Assembly (NCBI GenBank): GCA_964035545.1
Contig: OZ037765.1
Location: 8,566,698-8,630,697 of the forward strand
DNA from: Bugula neritina
Lineage: Eukaryota > Animalia > Bryozoa
Length of the DNA: 64,000 nt
Direction of reading: 5' to 3'
Positions within the stretch are counted from its first letter, which is position 1. Each line of letters starts with the position of its first letter. Both the position numbers and the translations under genes were made by a program. Below the pieces are notes generated by a model, which saw only the letters and a list, made by a program, of their open reading frames with translations, was not told the origin of the DNA and ran no database searches. Positions 40,101-64,000 of this stretch are shown piece after piece.

Positions 40101-43100
40101 GTGTTAACTGCCGATGTTCCAGTAAGTTCTAAGGAGCCCATCTCTATTGGTGACAGATCTGCACTTAGCAAAATGTCATTCTCAAATACAAACCTAGCAA
40201 ATATTTCTCGAGACATCACGCCTATTCAGTCATTAAATCATTTCAACAGGCAGATTAAACCTTACAACGAATTGGAAAAGCATGACAGCAATATCGCTAA
40301 TGATAGCCGTTTCGGGGTTACTAAAGACTGGATCAATTTTCGAGAAGACTTCCCAAAGAAAACTAGTTCATTGCAGGTGAAAAAGGAAATGAAGAAGTTA
40401 TCTGTCAATAAACAACTTCTTAACCCAGCAGATGACAATAAGCAGACTCGTGATTTAAAATCAAATAAACAAACTGGTGCTTCAGAATATTTTACAGATT
40501 TCCAAAAAGAAGAAATAAAATTAAATCCCAACAAACTAGCGATAGAGCCGAGACCATACTCGAACTCCACAAGGTTAACTAATGATCTGCGACTGGAAAC
40601 AAATACAAGCAACGTTGCTGACCATGATGAATCGTCAGTTTCCAGAGACTTACCAAATGATGACAGAAGCCAAGTACAAATGCAGAACAGTATGAAACAA
40701 CCTACAACATTAGTGGGAACTGCAGAGTTGAAGATAAGCCATTCAGAGCTCAATGAAGGAACTTATGCCGAATTAGTGACATCATCGGAACATAACGCAG
40801 ATGGTGAGATTTTTCCTTTCAAAGCTGCTTTAGCACACAATTTACACAGAGTTTAATACTAAATAGTGCAGTGAGTTTTGCAATAAACAATATGCTAGTT
40901 TTTCTCTTCAGATGACAGCATCGATCAGCCTCCAACATTGCGAGAAGTTCTATATCAGGACTATATGTCTGTAATAGAACCACTGAAGCTTCAACTTAAT
41001 CAATTAGTCACTGAAATGTCTGCATTTCCCAACAGACAATTCCCATATCAACAGTTGAGTGATGATGACGATAAGCTTCACAAGTTGCTTCAGAAAATGG
41101 ATAATCTTCAAGATAATACAAACAAAAGGATTACAGATATTGACAATGAGATGAGCGCCATCTTAGGGCAAAGCATAGAGGTTAGTGACATTATAAATAC
41201 AATACTAGCCTATAATACTAGATTGGTAGAGAACTATATTATATTACAACTTTACTTAAATACAATCAGGCCAAGCAGTAGACTAAAGTTTTACCACTCT
41301 CAGCATAATAATTTATGCAACAGCAAGTCAACAGATGAACATATCATACCATTCATTATACCGCATTATTTCCTTTGCATGTTTTTTTATTTGAAATTTT
41401 ATATAAATATATAGCAAAACACTAAACAAAAATCATTACCATCTTTCAATGAGGAATCAATGTTATCTGGTCCTAAAGCTTTCTTGTGCTATAGACAGCC
41501 ACTCCAACAGTACTTAGGGAATCATGGTATTTTCTACTTATAACAAACATGTAAACCTATTAGAATCTAAATGTACATGTGAATGTGCTTCACCCTTTTT
41601 TCGCCGTATCATAGGATGAAGAATCAATACGCAAGTTAAGGTTAGCCCTTACAGATCTTCTGGCACAACTGGAACACACTAAACTGGTCACTGTACAACT
41701 ACAAGCAGAAAATGAACTTAAAAGCATAAAAATGCGTGTGAGTCATCACCAATGACACTTCCTACCACTTATCAGTTAGGTGCAAATATTGAGTTCTGTA
41801 ACTTCTGATGGTCCTCATAGAGTGGCACTTTTTTTACAAATTGAAAGGCTTGAAACTCCAAGTCAAGTTTGAAGCATATTTTACATGTAAGCTTACTCAG
41901 AACTTATAACACGCCATGTCATTGTGCACAATTCACAATGTAATTAAATTTGAAGGAATTAGATGCTGGTATAAGGAAGTTAGATGAAGATAAGATGAAC
42001 AAACACATTGCTGAAATAGAGTTGAATTTGAAAGCAAACATGGCTGATCTGGAGCAAAAAACCAACATCTCAGATTTTGAGAATGTTGCACAAGAGTTAC
42101 AGGTGCTCATAAATGATCTGGTCAACAAGCTTCATGCTTTGGTAGGCAATACAAAAACTACAATGTTACGCAGTGTGAAGTCCAATCAACATGTGAAAAC
42201 TATTCTAGATTGTGTGTTAAACTTTCTTACATTTAACTTGGTTAGGAGAGAACCTGGAAACGAGCTCACACAAATTTAGAGACAAACTTACAACAGAAAG
42301 CAGGTAAAGAGGAGCTAGAAAAACAGAAAGAATATATCATGAAAAAGATGAGCGAATTAAAGCAAAAGCTTCGTCAACAGCAAGCTTTGGCACATCCAAT
42401 AGCTGATGAGGCTGCGGGACTCAAAAGAAGAATCAATTACAACTGTTTATCATGTGACAAGCCTGTAGCAGTTGATCAGTGTGGGCAAGTTTATCTTTTG
42501 CAATGCATACCTCACTTCAGTTTAAATGAAGACATTAGTTTACTCCAGCAACAATGTTATCATCTTGATTTTTATGGTGGTTTTATTTTCCAAGAGAATA
42601 TTACATGTTTTTTAAAACTTTGGATATGTTTGGGATTTGCATAAGCTTTACATTTATTTTTACAGAGTTGGAGATTGGAAGAGAAATTTAAACTTTTCAT
42701 CATCTGAAACAGAAATGCTGAGGAGCAATGGGAACAGGTAACTTATTTGCCTCATTGCTTGGAGCGATATCTGCTAAATAACCTGCCAACATCAGCATAC
42801 CGTGAATCTATCATATCACGTAGCACTTTTCAAATGTGCCAATAGTAACATCTGCAGCTGTAAATCTTATTAGTAGATAAAGCATATTAAATATCCTACT
42901 TTTGGCACCAATTCAGATTTTTTTAGCCCTGGTGCACATGTGAGTTATCGCAACAAGACTAATGTTGAGGGAGCTAACATCAAGGCATATATGGTGCATT
43001 TCGGAAAGAAGGAAACTCCTAAAGTATTTATTACCCGCTCTAAATCTAGGTGAATGTCAAATTTAATCGCTACTATTTTTTTCTTTCAATTGCATATAAT

Positions 43101-43703
43101 TTTAATTTCAACTATGGACAGAAGTAGAATTTTATGGTGCAAACTGAACCCTTTTGTTAGGCTAGCTGGAGAATGCCATGATGTGTACAACAGGCCAAGA
43201 TCTTGTGGTGGGCATCATACAGTCGCACCACATGATTTGCAAGACAAAATAGTTTACCCTGGAAAAACCCAAATGTTAAAGTAAGTTGACACAGTGCATA
43301 TCTTGCATAGCTGCTATACTTCAACTTTACGTAATAATTAGAGGAATTTAGATAAGAAAATGTTTACACAGGTATATGTTACGAGGTTTTGATCACGTAC
43401 TCTTTTAGACACCTGTTGAGCAACCAGGTGTTCATAGCTGCAGGAAGTCTTAAACAAGATGAAAAAATTTTAAATGGAAAAGATGGGCGAACATACAAGA
43501 GTCGTCAAGATACAATCCAAGTAGATAAGGAACTGACTGAGGCTATGCATATAACACGTGACCCTATTATGCCCCTAGTTGATGCACTCAAACAATCTGC
43601 AGGTAACACCGGCAACAACATACTTAAATCTTCCAAATCCAACAATTTCAGAAGAAAAACGTCATATTGTACTAAAAGCAGAGTAAAAAACCAAGAGCCG
43701 TGA
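37106..43703 (+). CDS. QRICH2: QRICH2/C16orf96-like (DUF4795) coiled-coil protein, multi-exon
   Basis: N-terminal LSLTQLVNLAIGSPEVGAVNFTALQQLLHAI, MWQYLLLSKKVEANESGI, LVTWPDLE, DEAAGLKRRINYNCLSCDKPV, PRSCGGHHT and ILNGKDGRTYK match hallmark motifs of the family. TGA at 43701-43703. The assignment is family-level; orthology is not established. Confidence 0.8.
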
Positions 43704-43979
43704 CAAATGAGCATCATAGACTGACGCACAGACACTAAGCTTCTGAATCTTAAAATAGGAAACAGATTAGATATTTGACGCATGATGATATGTATTGTAT
43801 TTAAAGGAAACATTTAAAAATACTTGTGTCGACTAACTATAGATTTTTTATTTAGTCTCAGAAAATTTAGGTAAAAATCATATATAAATATCAGCTATCT
43901 TTTCTATCCTGAGATATTTAAATAAAAAGTTATAAAAATCATCACATCAAACTTTACTAGTGCAAGTAGTAATCTAAAT

Positions 43980-45903
43980 TTACGAGGTCTTAGAATCATT
44001 AGCATAGACTGGAGCAATTATAGAAGAAGCCTTTCTTGGAGTTGGTAGGGCTATAGACTCGTGCTGATCATCAAGATTTTCACCGGATAGAAGCCTCTGA
44101 CCGCCGATAACATATTTAAAGAATTCGTAGACCGACCAAGATATAGCAGCAGAAGGCATCTGAAATATCATCCTAGCCTTGGCTCCCCTAAAGAAGCCTT
44201 GGTACCCTTTACACGCAATGACAGTCTTTACAGCCTGCACCATCCCCCGGTCTACCGACTTGCCAGAGTGACAGCACACTTCCTGCGTGTTTAGCAGTGT
44301 CTTACACACATCTAGAGGGTTGGTGATCAGCGCCGCCGTGGAGCCGGCTACAGCACCGGATACTATGTGACTAACCGGCTTATACTCTCGGTCATAGTTT
44401 AACAAATTTTGAGCTTGTTCGTATACACTGAAGTGGACAATTTGAAAGGGTATGTTCATCGCTAGCTGTGTAGAATAGCTGCGGAAAAGAGCTCTTACTC
44501 CTTCTGTTCTGATGATAACTGTGGCACATTCAAGACTGTTTTTGTATGGACTGTTGTACATCTGCATTCTTTGCTTGATCACTGAAATGCAACATGAGAA
44601 GCATCATAGCAAGGAAATACTTCTAGTCAACCACGAGCTACAAGGAATTGGCAAACGGAATAGCGAACAGTTCTTCAGTGTTGAGAAACAGTGTACCTAG
44701 TTAATGATAAAACCTGCTTCCTCATTCCTTATTATGCAAGCGCCTACATACTATAATGCACCACGTAATGTAGCTGCGAGGTGGTAGCACAGGCCTGTCA
44801 TATTACACTACCGTCTACATTCTACAGTATTACCTCAACTGACCCCACAAATAACTTCAATAAGCTTATCGTTTGTGTTAAGTTATCAAACAATAGGCCA
44901 GGCTACAAGCATAGATCCATGACCTATTATTGACAAGTGAACACTGAGTAACTTCTAGCAGTTTCAAGGGTAAAAACCCGAAATGTGGTAACAACTCTAT
45001 GCATAAGACATCAACAGATATAATAATGTATCAGGGAGATTATTCATGCATAATTTCTAATTCACCTAACAGAAATTTATTTCAATCATGATATAGGATC
45101 CCTCAAAGTGCTTAATCATTATGAGCTAGGCAACATTTTCAACTGCATTAAGTATATCAATAACATCAATAATGATGAATGAAGTTGTGAATAATTGCTA
45201 CTACCAGTCATTAGTGTACACAGATTAAACTGACTCAAAGTTAATAATAATAGCACTTACCATCAGCAGGCACCATCAAACCATCATGGAAGAGTGTGGC
45301 ACAGCTACCAGCTGCAACTAAAGAGAGAAATTATGAAGGGTTTATATTCAGCACTATACTGTTGTGACTTTTGATATATATTATATATATAATACTCAGC
45401 AGGGCTACTGTTGAAAATATTTCAAGACCATAAATAGGACTTACTGGTTGCCATGACATTGCTCTGCTTCCTTTCCGATAAGATCCACTTTACCTTTTCG
45501 TAACATGCGAAGTACATGGCATGAGCAGGCCCTGCGCCCGCTATAACTGCAGGCATACCATGCCAAGCACGCCCAAAACCTTCTTTAATTGTAATACTCC
45601 TCATAGCCTGGGTGATACTGTTGTAATTCGCAGAAGTATGGGGATTAAGTGCTTGCATCCTGGTCTGAATAAGTTGATAAGAAAATGTTTTATCAATGAG
45701 AAAAAGTGAAGTAAAAGATAACAATAACTAGTAGTAAAGTGGGATAGTATCATCGAGGATGTACTGACCTTAATACAATCTACTGGATACATGATACAGT
45801 GTTCTGTTATCCCAGCAGTGGCTCCAGCTATCATATGGGTAGATGCAGAAATATTGTCTGGTAACGCCTCATAGTCACCGATATCGAGCCCTCCACTTTC
45901 CAT
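43980..45903 (-). CDS. SLC25A37: Mitoferrin (mitochondrial iron carrier, SLC25A37/SLC25A28 family), 4 exons
   Basis: [76 protein letters not shown] and ISWSVYEFFK are diagnostic. Three carrier repeats are present. Confidence 0.95.
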
Positions 45904-46276
45904 TTTATTGTGAGCGCAAAAACTAAAATACAACCATATATGCTTAAAACCTCGGCAAAGAAAGAAATGCTGTAAATATTTCAAATTCGAAATTGCTTCG
46001 ATGAATGAAACAATAACAAATTAAAGGCATATCTTGAAGGAAGATCATTGTGGAGAGAACTTTAGAAACCAAAATTATGTCTGCTTTAGAATTGCAGCAG
46101 TTTGCATTCAGATACTCATAGTTTATGAACATGTATTCCATTAACATGTTATTAAGTTTTAATTATTGAATCATTTTACCACTGGTTTTGTATATAAGAT
46201 TTACATTTGTTACATTTCAAAGCAATAAAATATTAAAAGTTTAAACTATACAATGAACAAAGATTACACAAAAAAA

Positions 46277-46334
46277 GCTAAAGCTTGTATGAGGTTTTGT
46301 ATTGTCTTCTGTCAGCCCATCAAACCGTGTTAGC
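46277..46334 (-). repeat. 58-bp exact inverted copy of 39527-39584 (QRICH2-like exon sequence)
   Basis: Base-by-base reverse-complement identity over 58 bp; the match breaks on both sides. Confidence 0.95.
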
Positions 46335-46439
46335 ATAACAAAAAAAGTGTAATTCAACTTATATTTGCCAATTAATTAGCTAAATAATATAACAAGTCCT
46401 AAAATACATGAGAAAAAGGTGGCTTCATTAGTATGATCA

Positions 46440-46650
46440 TGTGTGCGAGGAGATATTGAGAATATTAGACATAAGACCAAAGAGAGCTAGGAAGAGAGAA
46501 AGGCTCAAGCCAGAAGATGTCAAGGACAAGGAAAGATGACAACCACTGAAGAAACATGGGAGCTTGCAGAGTGGTCAACAAACAGGATCATGAGGAGTAA
46601 AATTATATAAGAATTAACAAGGATGTTGTAACCATAAAGTAAGGTAGCAA
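46440..46650 (+). mobile_element. Possible decayed 3' end of an RTE-like LINE
   Basis: Purine-rich block translating to ..RARKR..EETWELAEWSTNR.., loosely like RTE ORF2 C-termini. Heavily degraded. Confidence 0.3.
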
Positions 46651-47208
46651 GTAAAATAGTGTTTAAACTTTATTATATGCATGTTTTGTCTTCCCATTAA
46701 TTTGGCTATGCATTATAAAATTGGAATAATATGGATGCAAATCTGGTAAGTACCATTTTCACATATTTCAATTAACTTCAAATATTATGGAAAACACAGA
46801 AAAGTTTGTGCATTACAGAAGGTTGTCAATGTTTAGTTTGTATTTAATCAAATAAGTCCTCGAAACTCATTTTAATATCACACACTTTATTAGCATTGTT
46901 GACTTTTATACATGAACATTTCTTTTGTCTATCAGATATTAAAAAACAGTTCTCTTGAATTTTTAGTAAGTTTTGACATCAAAATGTAAAAAATAAAAAC
47001 CAGTTTAATATCTAATCATAAATTCAAGTAAATCCACTATTTGTAGTTGATTTTGTTTCACCAAAATAATTTAATAAGTAATATTTTCCTAAAAAAATAA
47101 CATGACTCTGTATAACTAATTTATAATTGTAGCAGCAGTTGCACCCAAATTTACAAATTAGTAGAAACAATGCTATAAATTAAAGATAATTTGTTTAAAT
47201 AAGTAGTT

Positions 47209-47800
47209 CTAGACCTAGAACTAGTAGTAGCAGACGTACTAATACTAGAACACTGGTAGTACTACTACTAGTAGTAGTAGTAATACTAATAGTACTAGTA
47301 GTAGTAGTAGTAAAGTTAGCTTTAAAGTACGACTACTAATATTATTACTTACTATTAGTAACAGTACTACTACAACAACTAGGGCTAGTACTACTACTAG
47401 CACTACTGCTACTACTACTACTAGTACTAGTGTCTAATACTACTGCTACTACCACTACTACTACGTCTACTGCTTGTCTGCTACCAGTAGTAGTACTAGT
47501 AGTTATACTAATACTCATATTGTAATACTAATAGTAATGCTCATACTGTAATACTAATACTAACACTAGTAGTACTAGATCTAGTCCTACTACGTCTACT
47601 AGTACTACTACTACTACGTCTACTAGTACTAGTATTACTATTAGTATTAGACTAATTAGTAATAATACTACTAATACTACTACTACGTCTACTACTACTA
47701 GTAGTACTAGTAGTAATACTACTACTAGTAGTAGTAGTAAATAAATACTACTACTAGTACTACTATTAGTATAAGTATTAGTATTACTATAAAGTATAAA
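47209..47800. repeat. (ACT)n/(AGT)n low-complexity tract with repeated orientation switching
   Basis: Runs such as AGTACTACTACTAGTAGTAGTAGT alternate strand at ACTAGT/AGTACT palindromes. Confidence 0.9.
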
Positions 47801-48136
47801 GTTAATGCTATACTTAATCTTAGACTTATACTTATAGTTATTCTTATACTTGTACAGTTGTAGTTATACTCAGTCTTACTCTTATGACTTAGTTATAGTT
47901 ATTGAATTCATATTGATAGTGTATTTGTAATTGATATCGTAATATTATCAAATTTACTTACGCTTACAGTTACTGCTTTAGTACTATGCCTATTTAATGT
48001 ATTTTACATTGCAAATGCGGCTACTAATATATTTGCAAATGAGTATTACTGCAGTGCTGCACCTTTGTGTAAAGCCGTCCACGTTAGAAATGAGCAGAAA
48101 AACCGGATGCGCAAGCCATGCCTATTTAGCAATTAT

Positions 48137-48151
48137 CCAGTAGGGGGCGCT
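48137..48151 (+). promoter_or_regulatory. CTCF-consensus site
   Basis: CCAGTAGGGGGCGCT matches CCASYAGRKGGCRSY at all positions, in an otherwise AT-rich region. Confidence 0.6.
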
Positions 48152-48235
48152 AGTATTTTCTACGAGAAAACGGGAGGGGGGGGTAAAAAGTATAGAACAC
48201 ACCAGGAACTGTGATCTGTGGCCGTGAACATGAAT

Positions 48236-48390
48236 GATTCTATAAACAGCTCCAAGTTGGGGTGATTGCGTGCTATAGTAGCGGTTCTCGAGTTTAGAGT
48301 TGGAGTTATAAAATGGAACTTAGACTCTAAACTCCAAGAACCACCAACTACTGCGCGCATTCCCCCAACTCGGAGCTGTTTCTAAAACCG
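48236..48390. mobile_element. Foldback/MITE-like inverted repeat
   Basis: AAACAGCTCCAAGTTGGGG (~48243) pairs with CCCCAACTCGGAGCTGTTT (~48363-48381); the inner GAGTTTAGAGT pairs with ACTCTAAACTC. Confidence 0.7.
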
Positions 48391-48812
48391 TTTGTGCAAC
48401 TATGTAAAGAATTTTCGATCTCAACAGTATTCATGTACTAAAAAATAATTTACATAACAGTTACAGTTCAATGAATGCGTATTGAGCAAACCAATGCCGA
48501 TGATCAATGAACAGAAAAAATTCCAGTTCAGTCTAGAACTATTTGAGCAGGGTGCCATCCGTAAATAATAGTAATAATAATAACCTCTTTCAATTATTCT
48601 TTATGATTGTTAGCAATGTCCCACCTCCACATTTCATAGCTAGCAGCTTTCTGTAGCATCGTAATGGCACAGCATTGTTGTAAAATAATTAAATTGCCAT
48701 GTGCACAAACCTTTGCTGTTTTAGTAGCCAGTCAAAACCTAAGAAAGTAGAATCATTTTCCTCCCAACCAAACTTCGGGAACAGCTCAATTAATTTTGGA
48801 GCAACAAGCAGC

Positions 48813-51172
48813 ATGCCAGAAGTCCGAAAAATATCTACTGCTGTAAGTCATGAAGCATTTTAGGTATTCAAATTTTGCATCAAGTGGCATTCTTAATTAA
48901 TATGTAATGAGAGTTGGTGCAAGCAAAAACAAAGCAAGCACAATATGAATATGAACATGCATTACCAGGAAAAGTGGTCTACTTCCTAAAATAATAATTA
49001 TGTTCCTTTATAGAGCGAGTTTAAAATAGCACTGGATTCTGCTGGTGAAAAGAATGTTATAGTAGACTTTTATGCCACGTGGTGTGGTCCATGCAAAAAG
49101 GCTGCACCTCTTTACCAGGTTTATATTCTAATCAGCCATCAATTTGTTACTTCTTCTGCTGTTCAAAGAGCTTTTACTTACATTATGTGTCTTAATGTAG
49201 CAATTACCATTACAATTATTGATTTATAGTACAAAACTTTTGCCATCATACCTTAAAAACCTTGCTAATCAATGCCATCAGTCAGGGCTGTCCCAGGGCC
49301 GGATATGGCCTCCTGTCTATATTTATGTGGCCCTCAAAGACATAAAATGAAAATTACTTTACACAGCATACATATATTAAAATGAAAAACCACCTTTTAA
49401 ATGTCTTATTTTTATACATGCTAACAAACACAGCCTGCAGTAACTATTGGGACTTTATTGTGTAATGACTAATAAAACTTGGAAAAGATAATTTGAAAAA
49501 TACTGGCGCTGTGACCCTCAGCACAAGCTAAAGTTTACAAAGTGGCACTTGCCATGAAGTATTCCCTTTCAGTGGCCCGCACTCCGAAAAGGATGGACAC
49601 CTCTGCCACAAATGATTCAAATATCCCCTGCAACTAACAAAATTTCATTAATAGCTTATATAATGACTTTTACAATTTTGCAAATATCAAGTACTTCCAG
49701 TACCTATAATATGGTTGGAAGGTTTATCGTGCGAAATTAAAACAACTTAAGGCTTTATGCAGATCAACTACAAACTTGTTTATCTCTTTTTACAAATCTT
49801 CATTTATGTAAAAAGTCCCCTAATTTGCAAGTAAATTTACTTGAAAGCATTTTTGTTATTTGTTTATTGAGCAATGCTGCTGAGGAAGATGTGATATAGA
49901 TCTCATTTATTGTGCATGGTTGACCTGGTAGTGTAGCACTCACAGGGTCATTTTGCAGTATTATTTAACACCAGTTTTCACCCCTACAAATCTTAATAGC
50001 AAGATCTTTAGCTGTTATAAAAAAAGGGACTACCTTCACAGTAAAGTTGCTTTAAATACATTTGTAATAATTTTAATAAATTATAATTGAAATTTATGCC
50101 ATTAGCTGGTCTTCTACTGTTCTTTGGTCAAGAGGTTCCAACAACAAGCATGTTTTGTAGGAAATAGCAAAGAAGTACAAAGGTCAATGTGTGGCAGTTT
50201 CCGTAGATGTTGATGAAGCAGAGGTAATCTAATTTGACGTCTCACATAATATCATAAAAATAGCTAAATTCTAGGACCTCCCTAACACTATGATATTTGA
50301 CACAAAATATTACAAAGTATTAATTAGTATGTATAGGGTAACTGAATAAGTCAGCTAGACTGCATGGTTACAAAATGTTGTTGATTCTGAGTGAAATTCC
50401 AATGAATTAAGTTTACCAGACAGCATGCACTGCACTCAGAAGTCAACTTATTATCCTAGCCTGGGCTCTAGTCTAGTATTAGTTGATGTTGAATGCAAGA
50501 TAAGAATGTACTTGCTTAGTACATACAACTATAGAGAACTCTAATCAGAAAGATTTGCAAGTGATAAACAAAGTAGGAAAACAACTTTTAGCTAGACCTA
50601 TTACTGCCAGTTAGCACCACAGCTTCTGAGAAATTGATATATATTCAAGAATTTAACTTGATAAAAAGATGCATTGTTGGATAAGGCAGCTCTTTTAACA
50701 ATGCATGACATTCCAAATGCAGGGTTTACATTAAGTACTGCATAAGCGCAAATGAAGCACGCGGAGAAAGCTTTAGTCATTATACAAAGTTTGTTTTCTA
50801 ACACTCCAGCAGTATTAATATAAGTTTGCAAGGTGATATATTGAATAATCTATGCATATCAACATGGCTATCATGTAGTTATTGTAATTTAGGATTAACC
50901 TACGTAATTAAAGTTAAACAATTGATTGGTTGAATAATTATTCTTTCTTCCCTTAGCTGCTATAGTATTATGTTAACCAAATTAAAGTCACCCAAGAATA
51001 GTTCTTTTTGAATATCCTAGTCACATGTTTACAGGAAGTTGCTGAGAAATGTGGTGTCACAGCGATGCCTACTTTCCAAGTATATAAGACTGGCAACAAA
51101 ATTGGCGAGTTGATTGGTGCACCGAGAAAAGATCAACTGGAACATCTCTTTACAAAGGCTCCAAAGAAATAA
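48813..51172 (+). CDS. TXN: Thioredoxin (cytosolic Trx1 type), 4 exons
   Basis: Exons 48813-48842 ([10 protein letters not shown]), 49014-49118 ([18 protein letters not shown]), 50161-50223 (VDVDEAE) and 51035-51172 ([15 protein letters not shown]), all phase 0. Not present in the ORF track. Confidence 0.95.
49283..49605. mobile_element. hAT-like MITE in thioredoxin intron 2
   Basis: Termini CAGGGCTGTCC / GGACACCTCTG (9 of 11 complementary) with subterminal GGGCCG/GGCCCG motifs. The target-site duplication is not cleanly preserved. Confidence 0.55.
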
Positions 51173-51433
51173 TGTCTTGAATAAAGTAAAATGTTCTTTG
51201 ATAGTGTCAAGCCAAGTGAATGTTATTTTGTGAATCTCTAACATATACATCATTTATTTGTCATTTACTGAATGAATATGCACAACATTGTAATATAATA
51301 TATAAATTATATCATCCAAACCAGCTTTATAAGTAATTTCGTTGACTAAAACAAATGCAAAAATAAGCATATCAAATACATGTATGATAGCAAGGCAAGA
51401 TATGAGTTTTGTTACGAAATCCCACCAATGATA

Positions 51434-63824
<12,391 letters not shown>

Positions 63825-64000
63825 TAAATATCAAAATAAATTTTGGCTTCAGGTGCAGCTTGAGAGAACTTGACTTCTTTTGCGATAATTATCTTCTAGA
63901 ATGCCAATTTTTGAAAATTTCTCCATGATCACATTTAATTCTAAGATTTTTTAGCAACCAACCAAAAAGAAACAAATTAACAACTTACTTATATAATTTC

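Noticed and set aside
40262-40753. 163-aa minus-strand ORF (likewise 56785-57162, 17514-17864, 43505-43813)
   Set aside because: These are antisense shadows of genuine exons with no independent motifs.
43980-51172. Functional iron/redox cluster of mitoferrin and thioredoxin
   Set aside because: Two housekeeping genes lying head-to-head; nothing beyond adjacency supports co-function.

Overview
AT-rich, intron-rich animal (probably invertebrate) genomic DNA; not prokaryotic. The species cannot be determined from the sequence. Nine multi-exon genes were reconstructed by hand from splice phases: (1) an srGAP-family F-BAR/RhoGAP/SH3 gene (+, 1720-12774); (2,3) two tandem paralogues encoding ARM-repeat + TIR + SAM-like proteins (-, 13555-19392 and 21237-~26370); (4) a co-oriented coiled-coil + beta-propeller (TRIM-NHL-like) gene (-, 27397-30479); (5) a C1orf131/FSAF1-like gene (+); (6) a QRICH2/DUF4795-like gene (+); (7) mitoferrin (-); (8) thioredoxin (+); (9) a large uncharacterised gene with a possible RGS-like domain (-, 51434 to near the window end). 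There are also LINE/LTR relics, tRNA-derived SINEs, several MITEs and mini/microsatellites. The best candidate for an undescribed system is the ARM-TIR-SAM pair. Its domain order differs from SARM1, both copies keep the putative catalytic TIR glutamate, and one copy has a 15-nt first exon, missed by the ORF track, that creates an N-myristoylation motif (MGSSSS). Other notable items: an exact 58-bp inverted copy of an exon inserted 6.7 kb away between 10-bp direct repeats, intronic minisatellites built from splice-signal motifs, and ACT/AGT-rich tracts plus a CTCF-consensus site between divergent genes. Exon coordinates were read by eye and may be off by a few bases.
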